Part shown: in pieces, positions 30,371 through 39,649 of the stretch
Layout: every line of letters begins with the position of its first letter
Numbering within the stretch: the first letter of the stretch is position 1
IMG/VR virus record: IMGVR_UViG_3300013121_000030
Location: 170,245-234,244 of that record
Strand: one strand, 5' to 3'
DNA from: an uncultured virus (IMG/VR IMGVR_UViG_3300013121_000030)
Taxonomy: Duplodnaviria; Heunggongvirae; Uroviricota; Caudoviricetes
DNA length: 64,000 nt
The notes under the pieces: model-generated
What the model was told of the DNA's origin: nothing
The model's input: only the letters and a program-made list of their open reading frames with translations
The model's database searches: none
Program-made: the position numbers and the translations under genes

Positions 30371-31054
30371 TCACCACGTGATGGGCTCTCCAACGATGAC
30401 TTCCTTCGGAAGGGACACCCGAGCACCGTTGAGGTGGTCGTAGAGACGATCCACAATCTCCGTATCGAAGCCTCCATAGGGAAGTCCCGATGGAGACGGC
30501 TTTCGTTGGGTCCATTCAAGGAAGAAGTAATCCCCTGAATCCCCTGAGGGAAGCTAAAACATTTGACGAAGCTCGGCCCCATTGGGATCCAGAAAAACCA
30601 TGACCTCAGTCATCCTGGTCATCCCACTATCCACAAGTTTCTTCCTCAGAGTGTTCATGGATGCTTCAGGCCGGACTGAGAACGCAATGTGTTGGAGAGC
30701 CCAAGGCTTCCGAATGGAACTCAAGGCTCGATCCAAAACCAAGTTCGGGGCTCCAGGGAGTGGGACCGAAAGCCCCACCATGTCGCGCCAAACATGCCCT
30801 GCGGCATGCCCTCGAATAAGCGAGATGTGATCGGCCTTGTTCCGTGGGGTTGTCCACTTTCCATGGAAACGAAACCCTTGCTGGAACCAATGATCCAAGA
30901 AAGCATAGTGGTCATCCCATGAAGATATGAACGTGAAGTGGTCAGTGTCTGGCTCAATCTCTTCATGGGTCTCCATTCGCTTTCCAATCTCAAAGAGTTC
31001 CTCATTGAGATGACGATTCAGCCCAAATCTCTCAAATGTTTCGGTGATTGACAT
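30371..31054 (-). pseudogene. HPPD-like VOC dioxygenase interrupted by an in-frame TAG (30554-30556)
   Basis: DHFTF...QHIAF...LRQMF*LPSGDSGDYFFLEWTQR...GGFD; the C-terminal HPPD motifs continue in frame after the stop. Confidence 0.65.
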
Positions 31055-31159
31055 TTTTGTAGTCTCGAAGGCGTCTTTTACACGTCTGAGTAACGGTGTA
31101 AACCTCTTGTGGGCGTGAGCAACGTCTCCAGTGGTCCCTCTGGGAGGCACGCGGGGTCA

Positions 31160-31339
31160 TGACTCAGAAAGTCTCGACCTCGCGTGCATTCTGGGGTATA
31201 GAGCCTCGCAGCCCAGGCTGCGAGGCTGTCTGAAAACTGAAGGGATGGGGCACATAGGTCCGCAGGACCTAGTGCAACAGGTCTCGCGTGCCTGAGGCCC
31301 CGAAAACCTCAATGATCTCGTTCCCCTGGAAGGGGGTAT
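31160..31339 (+). promoter_or_regulatory. CRISPR leader 1
   Basis: Near-identical to the reverse complement of 58733-58911; hairpin followed by TCTGAAAACTGAAG. Confidence 0.8.
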
Positions 31340-32239
31340 CCTCGACTATCTGTGATCCCGTAAGGGTTTAGGCACGGGAGATCTTTTGAGGGATCCAGCT
31401 CCTGGCGGTCAAAGCCTCGACTATCTGTGATCCCGTAAGGGTTTAGGCACTTACCGCCGCGCCGATCTAGCCGAGTGGTTCGCCACCTCGACTATCTGTG
31501 ATCCCGTAAGGGTTTAGGCACACATGCACAGCGTTCGTTTGTGATCTTCAAATCGTCCTCGACTATCTGTGATCCCGTAAGGGTTTAGGCACTCCGCCCT
31601 CCGGGGCGGGGAGAGGGCATCCCCAAGGACCCTCGACTATCTGTGATCCCGTAAGGGTTTAGGCACACCTTGTAGCCGCTCGGTGCGGCGCGCACCGTGA
31701 TCCTCGACTATCTGTGATCCCGTAAGGGTTTAGGCACGACGAGCTCTTCCAGTAGACCGCTCAGGGCGAGGCGCCTCGACTATCTGTGATCCCGTAAGGG
31801 TTTAGGCACACGGCCTGGGCCGTGGCCGTGCGGGCTGCCTTGGCTAGCCTCGACTATCTGTGATCCCGTAAGGGTTTAGGCACGGGGTCATCTTGGTTCT
31901 CTTTCGGGTTTCGGGTTTCGGCCCCCTCGACTATCTGTGATCCCGTAAGGGTTTAGGCACGCTAGGCACGCCAGCGCGGCGGAATACGACACCGCCCTCG
32001 ACTATCTGTGATCCCGTAAGGGTTTAGGCACGCGACGTGGAGCCTCGGCGGCGGCCGCCCGTTCGGCCTCGACTATCTGTGATCCCGTAAGGGTTTAGGC
32101 ACCCGGCGGTGATCTCCTCTAGTAGCCATGACCCCGAACACCCCACGACTATCTGTGATCCCGTAAGGGTTTAGGCACTGGACGCGGGGGCCGGAGGGTG
32201 GGCCCCCGCCTATCTGTGATCCCAAAGGGGATGGGAAGG
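31340..32239 (+). CRISPR. CRISPR array 1: 12 repeats plus 1 degenerate trailer repeat, 12 spacers
   Basis: 36-bp repeat CCTCGACTATCTGTGATCCCGTAAGGGTTTAGGCAC; spacers 35-41 nt (last about 25 nt); resembles type I-B MYXAN repeats. Confidence 0.98.
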
Positions 32240-32242
32240 CGG

Positions 32243-32920
32243 TTATTTTTTGGCGGGAATTGGAACCCAGATTTCGCTCGGACCCGTCATGTCCCACCAA
32301 ATTTGGTAAGTGGAGCCTTTCTTGACAATGGCTTGGTAATTGTAGGCAAACGAATTGGAGCCTCCATAATCCATGACCACACCCCCTTCCGCAGACTTCC
32401 AAGCACCTGCAACTCTTTGCACAAATGTCTTTCCGCCATTTGTGACCTTCCAACGGCGGAAGGCGTTGAGATCAGCAATCATGGACTGACGGTCTTGGGG
32501 TGTTCCGAGGCGGCCGGCGGCTTTTGTCCACCGGCTGTAGGGACCATTCTGATAGTCGATCTCAAAGACGGCCGCAGAAACCTGACGGAACTCCGTGAAG
32601 TAATGGCCCTTGTAAGCATTCGGGGTTAACAACACGTTCCAAAACGGCCCGAGATTATCATTGATGACGGGCTTGAAGATGTTGCCGTCTGGCAGGAAGG
32701 ACACGGAGTGTGCGGATCCTTCCGAAAACGGTCGAACCACTGCCGTTTTCAGAGTCACACCCTTTTGAAGCATTTCACAGCTCCACTTGGTCCCAATCTC
32801 TGCCAACTTGGCAAAGGCCATGAGCGCCTGTGGCTCGGCTTCAGCGATTCGGGACAACCGATCGAGTTGTGAAAAACTTGCAGCAAGTGAAGCGAACCGA
32901 TGAGGATTGTTGGGTGACAT
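32243..32920 (-). CDS. Hypothetical protein
   Basis: 225 aa ORF. Confidence 0.6.
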   Translation of the reverse strand: MSPNNPHRFASLAASFSQLDRLSRIAEAEPQALMAFAKLAEIGTKWSCEMLQKGVTLKTAVVRPFSEGSAHSVSFLPDGNIFKPVINDNLGPFWNVLLTPNAYKGHYFTEFRQVSAAVFEIDYQNGPYSRWTKAAGRLGTPQDRQSMIADLNAFRRWKVTNGGKTFVQRVAGAWKSAEGGVVMDYGGSNSFAYNYQAIVKKGSTYQIWWDMTGPSEIWVPIPAKK

Positions 32921-32967
32921 ACCCTCAGAAGAAAAATAAACTTCAAACCTGACAAGTCTTTGTGGGA

Positions 32968-33531
32968 CTATGCGGACCCGGGTTTCCGGTTCATGGCTGC
33001 GATGGCCATGAGCTTATCCATATGTCGAATTTTGGCCTCACTGGCCTTCATGTGTGCCAGGAGGGATTGTAACTCCTCAGATGGCAAATGAAGATTTCCC
33101 TGGCGAGTGGTGAGGCCGAAGGCACCAGGCTTGATCATCTTGACTAGCTTTGTGTCGATCTCGTCAATAGCCACATCAAGTGCCATCTGAATGGTGACTC
33201 CAGTGGAGACCACGATGGGGTGACCTTCGACGATGGTGGGATAGACCTTGGGACCGAAGAGGTGGATTCCTGTCTTCGTCAGGAGGGTCATCTCCAGGGA
33301 GTGGACAGGCATAGGGAAGTCAGGTGCAGTGAAAGCCAAGGTGAATTGGAAGCTGACCCGCTTGTCTCCGAAGAGCATCACTGGGTCATCCACCCAACCC
33401 CAGTCCTTGATCTCAATCCGAAACCCATGATCATCTCGAAGCCTCTCCAAAACCTCCATCTCATCGGGGGTCATGGGGATGTAGAGGCCGTTGGGGTTCT
33501 TTCCCCCAAAGGGGTTGGTTTCGTTGCTCAT
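32968..33531 (-). CDS. Hypothetical protein
   Basis: MSNETNPFGGKNPNGLYIPM ORF. Confidence 0.6.
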   Translation of the reverse strand: MSNETNPFGGKNPNGLYIPMTPDEMEVLERLRDDHGFRIEIKDWGWVDDPVMLFGDKRVSFQFTLAFTAPDFPMPVHSLEMTLLTKTGIHLFGPKVYPTIVEGHPIVVSTGVTIQMALDVAIDEIDTKLVKMIKPGAFGLTTRQGNLHLPSEELQSLLAHMKASEAKIRHMDKLMAIAAMNRKPGSA

Positions 33532-35191
33532 GGCTTGAGGATACCGCTGCGATGCCACGCCAACAGTTTTCGACGAAACTGCGCGGTTTTTTCAGCCTCT
33601 CCTTCAGATCCAGGAAGACGGAGACCTCTCAAGTTGAGAGCAAGGTCTCCAAGGCTTGCCGTGACCATCGTTCCTTTCTTGGAGAGGCGGAACTTATTCA
33701 TGGGGTTGGTGGGCTTCGGATAGCCCACAGGCTGCAGGGACCAGTGTTGGTATCCGTACTTGTCCCGAGAAGCTCGGCCCACAACAAAATCGTGGAACCT
33801 CTTGTCCAGAAGAGGTCCTCCCATGGTAGAGGAGACTGCCATCTGGATGATGTCCTTGGGCTTGAGGGAATCGAAAATCCTGACGTACTCGGCTTCGTTC
33901 ATGGGATTACCTCTCGAAGGATGGCTACTGTCTCCTGGACGATGAGGAGGATCCATTGTCGGATCAGGTTTTTCTTGGAGGCTTCGATCTGTTGCATGGC
34001 TGCCAAGAACTCGCTGGCTACCCACAGATCTTCTGAGATCGAAGCGAGAGGAACATGTCTTCCCGACAGAATGTCCTCTAAAAGACCCGTGATACGATGT
34101 AATCCGGGCTCGCCTTCCGAGCGCAAGGCGTCCGTTAGGACTGCCAAAATTGCCCGTTGGGCTGGGTTGTCTAGGTTTCTGGCTTCTTCCTCAAGTGAGT
34201 GGAGAGCCTTTTTTAGTGTGTCATTCATTCTCCCTCCCAAATCTTGGTGAGTGCCTGAATGAGATGTTTCTGGAGTTGCTTGAAATCCGCCCTCATCCTT
34301 TGAGATTTAAGCGTCTGCCATTCCCTCCACGCCTTCTGGATGGCGCCGTTAGCATCTCTTTTTGCATAACTTCCGCCATCATTGGTGGCGATGGTCATGA
34401 TGGTGTCCCACATTTCCTCTTGTGGAGGATTCATCCAGTGGATCGGGGCATCGTACAATAGCTCAGAGACTTTTCGCTGGGCCACTCGTTTGGCAATTTG
34501 ATCTAGCGATTCCATTTTCACACCTCCACAGACCAAGTTGGGCACAATTCCGAAGGATCCCCAACCTCTGGGAGGTCCTGGGGACGGACCTCCTGAAGTC
34601 CGGCGTTGTGGCGCATCATCCCAATGTGATAGGACAGCCGAGACCTCAGAAGAAGGACCGTTTTTGCGGACTCCTCACACAGGGGTGTCGTCCACCGAGT
34701 GTTCCGACATTCACAGGATCCCGTCTGAAGGTGTTTCTCCAACAGGTCCGTCGTCTTCATGATGGACATCTGGAGGAACTCCAGCTCCATCGAGTAGACG
34801 CGAGCATCTCGTAAAATAACCTTCGGAGATGCGCATCCTACCAGAATCAAAAATGGGATGAGGGTTCGGGGGCCCATCGTACTGTTGGGCCTCCAATAAC
34901 CCAATCACCAGAGGTCATAGACCTCCCACGCCAACCCCACCGTCAATCCTATATAACCCACACATGCGGCGATGTAAGCAACCAAATCCAGTCGAAAGTG
35001 GAGGCGCTTGGAGGTGCTGCACTTCACACAAGCTTGACACGAACACCCCATTGGAGACTCCTCCCTTGAACTACTCGTTCTTGAGGAAACCTCGTTGGAA
35101 GGTGCGCAGCCAGTCAAGGCTCCCATTTTCCAGTTTCCAGAAACGAGAAAAACCGCACCCACTCCCACAACGCCTGCTGGTACCATGGGGA

Positions 35192-35755
35192 ATGGCGCTT
35201 CAGCCTTCAGCTCTTGAGGCGGCAATAATCGCGTCGTTCTCTTTTACAGGGTCACAAACTATGCCCTGGATTGCCAGGGCAGTAGGACAAGCGTTCGCAA
35301 CATGGGCTCCCACAGTTGTTTTTCAAGGGGCGACGACAGGCTTCGCTGGGTCGGGGTTGGTGACAGGCAAGGTGTTTCTCCAGGGATCTGGACTTGTTCC
35401 AGCGGCGATGGCTGGTGTGGGCCTTTCGAGTGTAGGAGTGGAGATTGGTCGGGCGATAGAAGCAGGGATTGTTGAAACGGTCCAGGCATCAGCCCAATAT
35501 GCTGGGGCCTCTGCTGGGGTTGGGACTGGATCGGATGTTTCATCTGTGCGGTTGGTGTCCCAGGCGGGGCTTTTGGTCCTTTTGACTTCGGCCCTCAGAG
35601 GAGCACAAATTGAAGGATTATCCTCCTCCCAACTCGCCGCTGGGATCTCGGCAGGAGTGGCAGCACTAACCCGTACCTGTACAGGGGTGGGCGTGGTGGC
35701 TGGCGCCAACGCAGGAGTCCCAGGGGCGGGGACATCGCTCAGCACGATGTTTTGA
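35192..35755 (+). CDS. Gly/Ala-rich probable virion protein
   Basis: Composition and context; start inferred. Confidence 0.5.
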   Translation: MALQPSALEAAIIASFSFTGSQTMPWIARAVGQAFATWAPTVVFQGATTGFAGSGLVTGKVFLQGSGLVPAAMAGVGLSSVGVEIGRAIEAGIVETVQASAQYAGASAGVGTGSDVSSVRLVSQAGLLVLLTSALRGAQIEGLSSSQLAAGISAGVAALTRTCTGVGVVAGANAGVPGAGTSLSTMF

Positions 35756-36543
35756 AGTTTTTTCTATCCCCTGTGCAGGGTATGCACAGCACAACGTTTC
35801 AGAAGAAAGCTATGGACTTCATGGCAACATCGTGGACGCAAAGTAAAAGCGGATGGGATCTGGGAGGGAAGTCCATCCGGATTTTTGTGACCAACCAACA
35901 CCGCGAAGATCCTGGGACTTGGGTGTACTCCTGTCCCGAGTTGGACATTCGGGCTCGTCCCTTGATCAGCCGAGGGCAGGCCCCTGCGGATGCTGAAGAG
36001 GCCAAGACGTGGGCTAAATCGTTCGTGGCCGCAAAACTCAAGGCTATGCTTGCTGAAGTAGTTTAAAACCACTCCACAGTCTGAGAGGAGAGAAAGTGGA
36101 TTCGGAGAGCCCCTTGAATCCCGTGCCGCAGAGCTAGGCTCTTGCAGCAGGAGCCTATCCGGTGCTCAAGAACGTGAGGTAGAACTTGAAAGGCTCCCGC
36201 GATCTCCAGGACGATGTTGGGGGGAAGGGGGACTCCTCCCGTGAAGTCTCCCACCTCAAGGTCTCTCTCCCAGAGAGACCCAAAGGCAACGAGATGCTGC
36301 CACACGGGCACAGGACGAGGGATAACGACCGTTTGCGCAGGGGAACGACTCTCTCTGAGGAAGGCGGGAGGCACCCGTTTGAGCATCTTCAAGAGGAGAT
36401 TATGCATGTCCCCATGGTAGCCGGCAGACCTAGTTACATGGAGGGTTCTCGGCATGTGAAACGGAGCCTGGAGAATACCCGCGGTCCTGGGCCTACCTAC
36501 ACCTACATGTAATACAAAAGTTTCGGTGGGGTGTTGATCCTCC

Positions 36544-36572
36544 GTGTAACTTTGGGGTACACGTGCTAACCT
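36544..36572 (+). promoter_or_regulatory. Promoter of the tRNA/ncRNA cluster
   Basis: GTGTAAC-N11-CGTGCTAACCT. Confidence 0.7.
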
Positions 36573-36697
36573 TCAATCATCGGGAAGCGGAGAAGCTTCT
36601 CGAATCCCTTCGGGGTTTGGCACAAATCTGGGGACGAGGGTTCGATTCCCTCACCTCCTGCTCCTTTCCAACCGAATAGCCGAAGAAGAGCATTCTT

Positions 36698-36769
36698 GCA
36701 GGTGTAGTTCAGTGGTAGAACGCCAGCCTTCCACGCTGGATGCCGAGGGTTCGAGTCCCTCTACCTGCT
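36698..36769 (+). tRNA. tRNA-Gly(TCC)
   Basis: CCAGC-CTTCCAC-GCTGG cloverleaf. Confidence 0.92.
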
Positions 36770-36773
36770 CTGA

Positions 36774-36843
36774 TCCTGGATGCTACATGGGGATACATCT
36801 GACCGTTAACCAGAACCACGACCCTCATGCGTTTTTGCCAGGG
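36774..36843 (+). ncRNA. Y-RNA-like element 1 (short; GTT-containing hairpin)
   Basis: CCTGGATGC...GGGATACA-TCTGACCGTTAACCAGA...TTTTTGCCAGG shared scaffold. Confidence 0.6.
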
Positions 36844-37106
36844 TCTTCTTTTTGGGGGAAAAAGTGATCCCCCGACACCCAAGAGACTGACCTAGTTCTT
36901 CCCCTTGACTCTGGGGGAGTCTGCGAGGTTGAGGGTGGTGGGCCATGAGTCTTCCGCCCACTCACTTTGACGCTTGGGGGAATAGACCCCGGAGTACAGC
37001 ACTGTTGCTCGCAGATCTCTCTCTTTTGAGAGAGGAGTTGTAGGCCAACAACTTCAGCCCCGCTGGGGATCTGGAAACAGGCGGACACGCTGGATAGACA
37101 GCGGGT

Positions 37107-37177
37107 GGGGAAGTCCTCGCTGGTGCGAGGCCAGGGTCTTGAAACGCTGGGTGTAGGTTCGATTCCTATCTTCCTCA
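37107..37177 (+). tRNA. Atypical tRNA-like gene (TGA loop, 6-bp D-stem, no variable arm)
   Basis: GGGGAAG/CTTCCTC acceptor, CCTCGC-TGGT-GCGAGG, CTTGAAA loop, GTAGG-TTCGATT-CCTAT. Confidence 0.5.
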
Positions 37178-37179
37178 AA

Positions 37180-37398
37180 GCCTCTGTGTGCCCAACGGAT
37201 AGGGCGCCCCAAAAACGTAGGGGGGGTACCTGTAAAAAGGCCGTTATCGACTCTGGGGGGTAGAAACGATCCTTCGGAGGTAGACCACATAGGTTGCGGA
37301 TGCACCGGGCCCGACTAAAGAGTTATCGGGTAGGGAAGCGAGTTTCCTAAATAGGGTCTTTTGCGCGACGGATGCGGGTTCGACTCCCGCCTGAGGCA
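37180..37398 (+). ncRNA. tRNA-like RNA with a ~160-nt insert replacing the anticodon arm
   Basis: 5' GCCTCTG plus D-arm GCCC-AACGGATA-GGGC; 3' GCGGG-TTCGACT-CCCGC-CTGAGGC-A. Confidence 0.6.
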
Positions 37399-37408
37399 TT
37401 GTTCGAGA

Positions 37409-37482
37409 GCGTGCCTAGCTCAACTGGATAGAGCATCGGTCTTCGGAACCGAGGGTTGGGGGTTCGATTCCCTCGGCGCGCG
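37409..37482 (+). tRNA. tRNA-Arg(TCG)
   Basis: TCGGT-CTTCGGA-ACCGA. Confidence 0.92.
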
Positions 37483-37486
37483 CTTC

Positions 37487-37570
37487 GCTCACCTGGTGGA
37501 ATTGGCAGACACACTGGATTCAGGTTCCAGTACCGTAACAGGTGTGGGGGTTCGACTCCCCCGGTGAGAA
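37487..37570 (+). tRNA. tRNA-Leu(CAG)
   Basis: CTGGA-TTCAGGT-TCCAG, variable arm; 1:72 mismatch. Confidence 0.85.
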
Positions 37571-37574
37571 ACTG

Positions 37575-37712
37575 TCCTACATGTGGGACATACTTCAGAG
37601 GTCGGTGAAAAAAGTTGTGTAACTCGGGTCGCCCCGTGCTACACTTGGGGTGTCGCGGTTGAGACCACGACGCCTCTCTGAAAACTGAAGAGTTCTGAAG
37701 AAGAGCATTCAT
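37575..37712 (+). promoter_or_regulatory. Internal promoter/leader module, copy 1 (copy 2 at 39347-39485)
   Basis: Promoter 37617-37645, hairpin, then CTGAAAACTGAAGAGTTCTGAAGAAGAGCATTCAT. Confidence 0.8.
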
Positions 37713-37783
37713 GCAGGTGTGGTCCAGCGGTAGGACGCTGCCTTGCCAAGGCGGAAGCGAGAGTTCGACTCTCTCCACTTGCT
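37713..37783 (+). tRNA. tRNA-Gly(GCC)
   Basis: CTGCC-TTGCCAA-GGCGG. Confidence 0.92.
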
Positions 37784-37799
37784 TACGGATCTTTTCGAG

Positions 37800-38100
37800 T
37801 CGTGTGAACCCTGGTCAATCAGGCTGCACCTAAAAGAATGGGGTGCGGGTGAGGAAGACCCACAAGGCTCGAAAGAAACATGCGCCCCCTGGCTGATCAT
37901 GGGGGACGCGGGCGGATGGCCCCTGTCCAGGGTCTGGAGCCGACAGACACGATCTCATGTGCCGTTGAACGGGGGGGGGGTGATCACCCTCGCTAGGCGG
38001 GATCGGGTCGACGGCGAAACTGGGCTTTCCAGTCCCAGCAAGCGGCGGACACACTGCGTCGCATCTGTGATGTCCCCCCACAGGCCAACCAGGGGGACGC
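37800..38100 (+). ncRNA. Large structured ncRNA, paralog A
   Basis: Colinear conserved blocks shared with 38440-38810. Confidence 0.6.
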
Positions 38101-38101
38101 T

Positions 38102-38174
38102 GCCCGAATAGCTCAACAGGAAGAGCGCCGCTTTCGTACTGCGGAGGCTATCGGTTCGATTCCGGTTTCGGGCT
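38102..38174 (+). tRNA. tRNA-Thr(CGT)
   Basis: CCGCT-TTCGTAC-TGCGG. Confidence 0.88.
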
Positions 38175-38361
38175 TTCCGATCGATGGGAGTTTCGATCGG
38201 GGTGTTATCCTCCGGTCCGCGGAGCCTCGCCAAGTCATCTCCACGGTCTGTCCGGAGGATTTCTCTGGGGGAACTTGGCTCATCCCACAAACCCTCCACA
38301 CTGCCCCAGTGTGCTTGACAGATGGACTGGCCAGTCCTGAAGACAAGAGAATGGGGTTTTT

Positions 38362-38434
38362 GCCCGAATAGCTCAGATGGGAGAGCGCTACCTTGGTACG
38401 GTGGAGGTCGCCGGTTCGATTCCGGTTTCGGGCT
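38362..38434 (+). tRNA. tRNA-Thr(GGT)
   Basis: CTACC-TTGGTAC-GGTGG. Confidence 0.92.
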
Positions 38435-38439
38435 CGATT

Positions 38440-38810
38440 GCGTTTGTAGCTCATCGTCACAAGCGCAACTGTGAACCCTTGATAAGTTCACAGAGGGTGC
38501 TCCCCATCCATCCTAGGTCGTGCGTGGGGAGATGTCCGTGGAGCTGATAGCTACTTTCGCAGTCTGGAGTGAGGTGATTCCTCCCCAGGGGTTTCTAGTG
38601 GCCCCAATGAACTGCGTTACCGTGGGCGTGGAACCCCATGGGACAGAGAGCGACGGCGAAATGGGGGTGAGGTGACCCCACAAGCGGCGGAAACACTGCG
38701 TCGCAAAAACAGGACAGTTGATCGGGTCCTGAGGCCCCTCCCGAAAGGGAGGAGGTAGCCAGATTCGAGTCCCAAACCTCGGCCGCAGGTTCCTAGAACC
38801 TTGGCGAAGT
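38440..38810 (+). ncRNA. Large structured ncRNA, paralog B
   Basis: GTGAACCCT...GTCTGGAG...CGACGGCGAAA-hairpin-CAAGCGGCGGAAACACTGCGTCGCA. Confidence 0.6.
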
Positions 38811-38816
38811 GGGGGT

Positions 38817-38888
38817 AACCTTGAAGCTCAATGGTGGAGCAACCGTTAAATCACCGGGGGTCGTCAGTTCGATTCTGACCAAGGGTAC
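38817..38888 (+). pseudogene. tRNA-like gene with a degenerate anticodon arm
   Basis: D-arm GCTC..GAGC and T-arm GTCAG-TTCGATT-CTGAC intact; anticodon arm irregular. Confidence 0.55.
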
Positions 38889-38951
38889 TGAGGGAGCCAT
38901 CCCTTTCTGGCATGGGGCGCTGATGTCTTCGTGTCAGAGAAAATGGCAACT

Positions 38952-39023
38952 GCCCGGGTAGCTCAGCGGTAGAGCGATGCCCTTACAAGGCGAGGGTCGG
39001 GGGTTCGATCCCCTCCCTGGGCA
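38952..39023 (+). tRNA. tRNA-Val(TAC)
   Basis: GCC-CTTACAA-GGC. Confidence 0.9.
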
Positions 39024-39065
39024 CAATGAGGTTCCAGGATAAAACCTCTTGAAACGCCTGGGAAT

Positions 39066-39138
39066 GGGGCCTTAGCTCAATTGGGAGAGCGCCTGCTTTG
39101 CACGCAGGAGGTCATCGGTTCGATCCCGATAGGCTCCA
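39066..39138 (+). tRNA. tRNA-Ala(TGC)
   Basis: G3:U70; CCTGC-TTTGCAC-GCAGG. Confidence 0.95.
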
Positions 39139-39261
39139 CTGAAGTGCTGTCGTCTAAGTTGCTGGGCCCCCGCGACGCCCAGTGGCCCCCGTGATACCAA
39201 TCATCGGGAGAAAGATCCCGTTAGGGAAATGCCAGAGAAACCCTGGCCATGCACTTCTCAA

Positions 39262-39343
39262 GCTCGCCTGGTGGAATTGGCAGACACGCCAGACTAAGGA
39301 TCTGGTGCCTTCGGGTGTGGGGGTTCGAGTCCCCCGGTGAGCA
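39262..39343 (+). tRNA. tRNA-Leu(AAG)
   Basis: CCAGA-CTAAGGA-TCTGG, variable arm. Confidence 0.88.
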
Positions 39344-39346
39344 AGT

Positions 39347-39485
39347 ATCCTACATGTAGGACACATCTTCGGAGTCGAAGAAAAAAGTTGTGTAACTCGG
39401 GTCCTCTCGTGCTACACATGGGGAGCCGCGGTCGAGATCGCGGCGCCTCCCTGAAAACCGAAGAGTTCTGAAGAAGAGCATTCAT
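39347..39485 (+). promoter_or_regulatory. Internal promoter/leader module, copy 2
   Basis: Promoter 39390-39418; near-duplicate of 37575-37712; both follow a Leu tRNA. Confidence 0.8.
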
Positions 39486-39572
39486 CCGTGGGTGGTTGAC
39501 TGTCGGTAAGTCACAGCGGTCTGTAAAACCGCCCGCCTTCGGGCGTCGGGGGTTCAACTCCCTCCCCACGGA
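39486..39572 (+). tRNA. tRNA-Tyr(GTA) with C1:G72
   Basis: CCGTGGG/CCCACGG-A; GCGGT-CTGTAAA-ACCGC; long variable arm. Confidence 0.8.
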
Positions 39573-39649
39573 CCGAAAAGTGCGTTGTCTCGGCTACGAA
39601 ACCGAGGCTGTGGGCTCCGCCAGACAAGCCCGAAATGAAACCTGGCCCT

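Noticed and set aside
30554-30556. Genome-wide TAG recoding
   Set aside because: Many genes end cleanly at TAG (for example 19773, 22825, 62804) and long ORFs are intact under the standard code
31160-31339. tracrRNA or scoutRNA of a class 2 system
   Set aside because: No anti-repeat is visible and there is no Cas9/Cas12 gene; position and duplication fit a leader
37107-37177. tRNA-Sec or opal suppressor
   Set aside because: The anticodon reads TGA rather than TCA, the acceptor is 7 bp and there is no long variable arm
37180-37398. tmRNA or group I intron-containing tRNA
   Set aside because: No G3:U70 alanine identity, a D stem is present, and no recognisable P7 core or reconstitutable anticodon arm was found by eye
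37845-37865. RNase P RNA (GAGGAAGACC resembles GAGGAAAGUCC)
   Set aside because: It is part of a local hairpin, and the 3' conserved RNase P motif is absent
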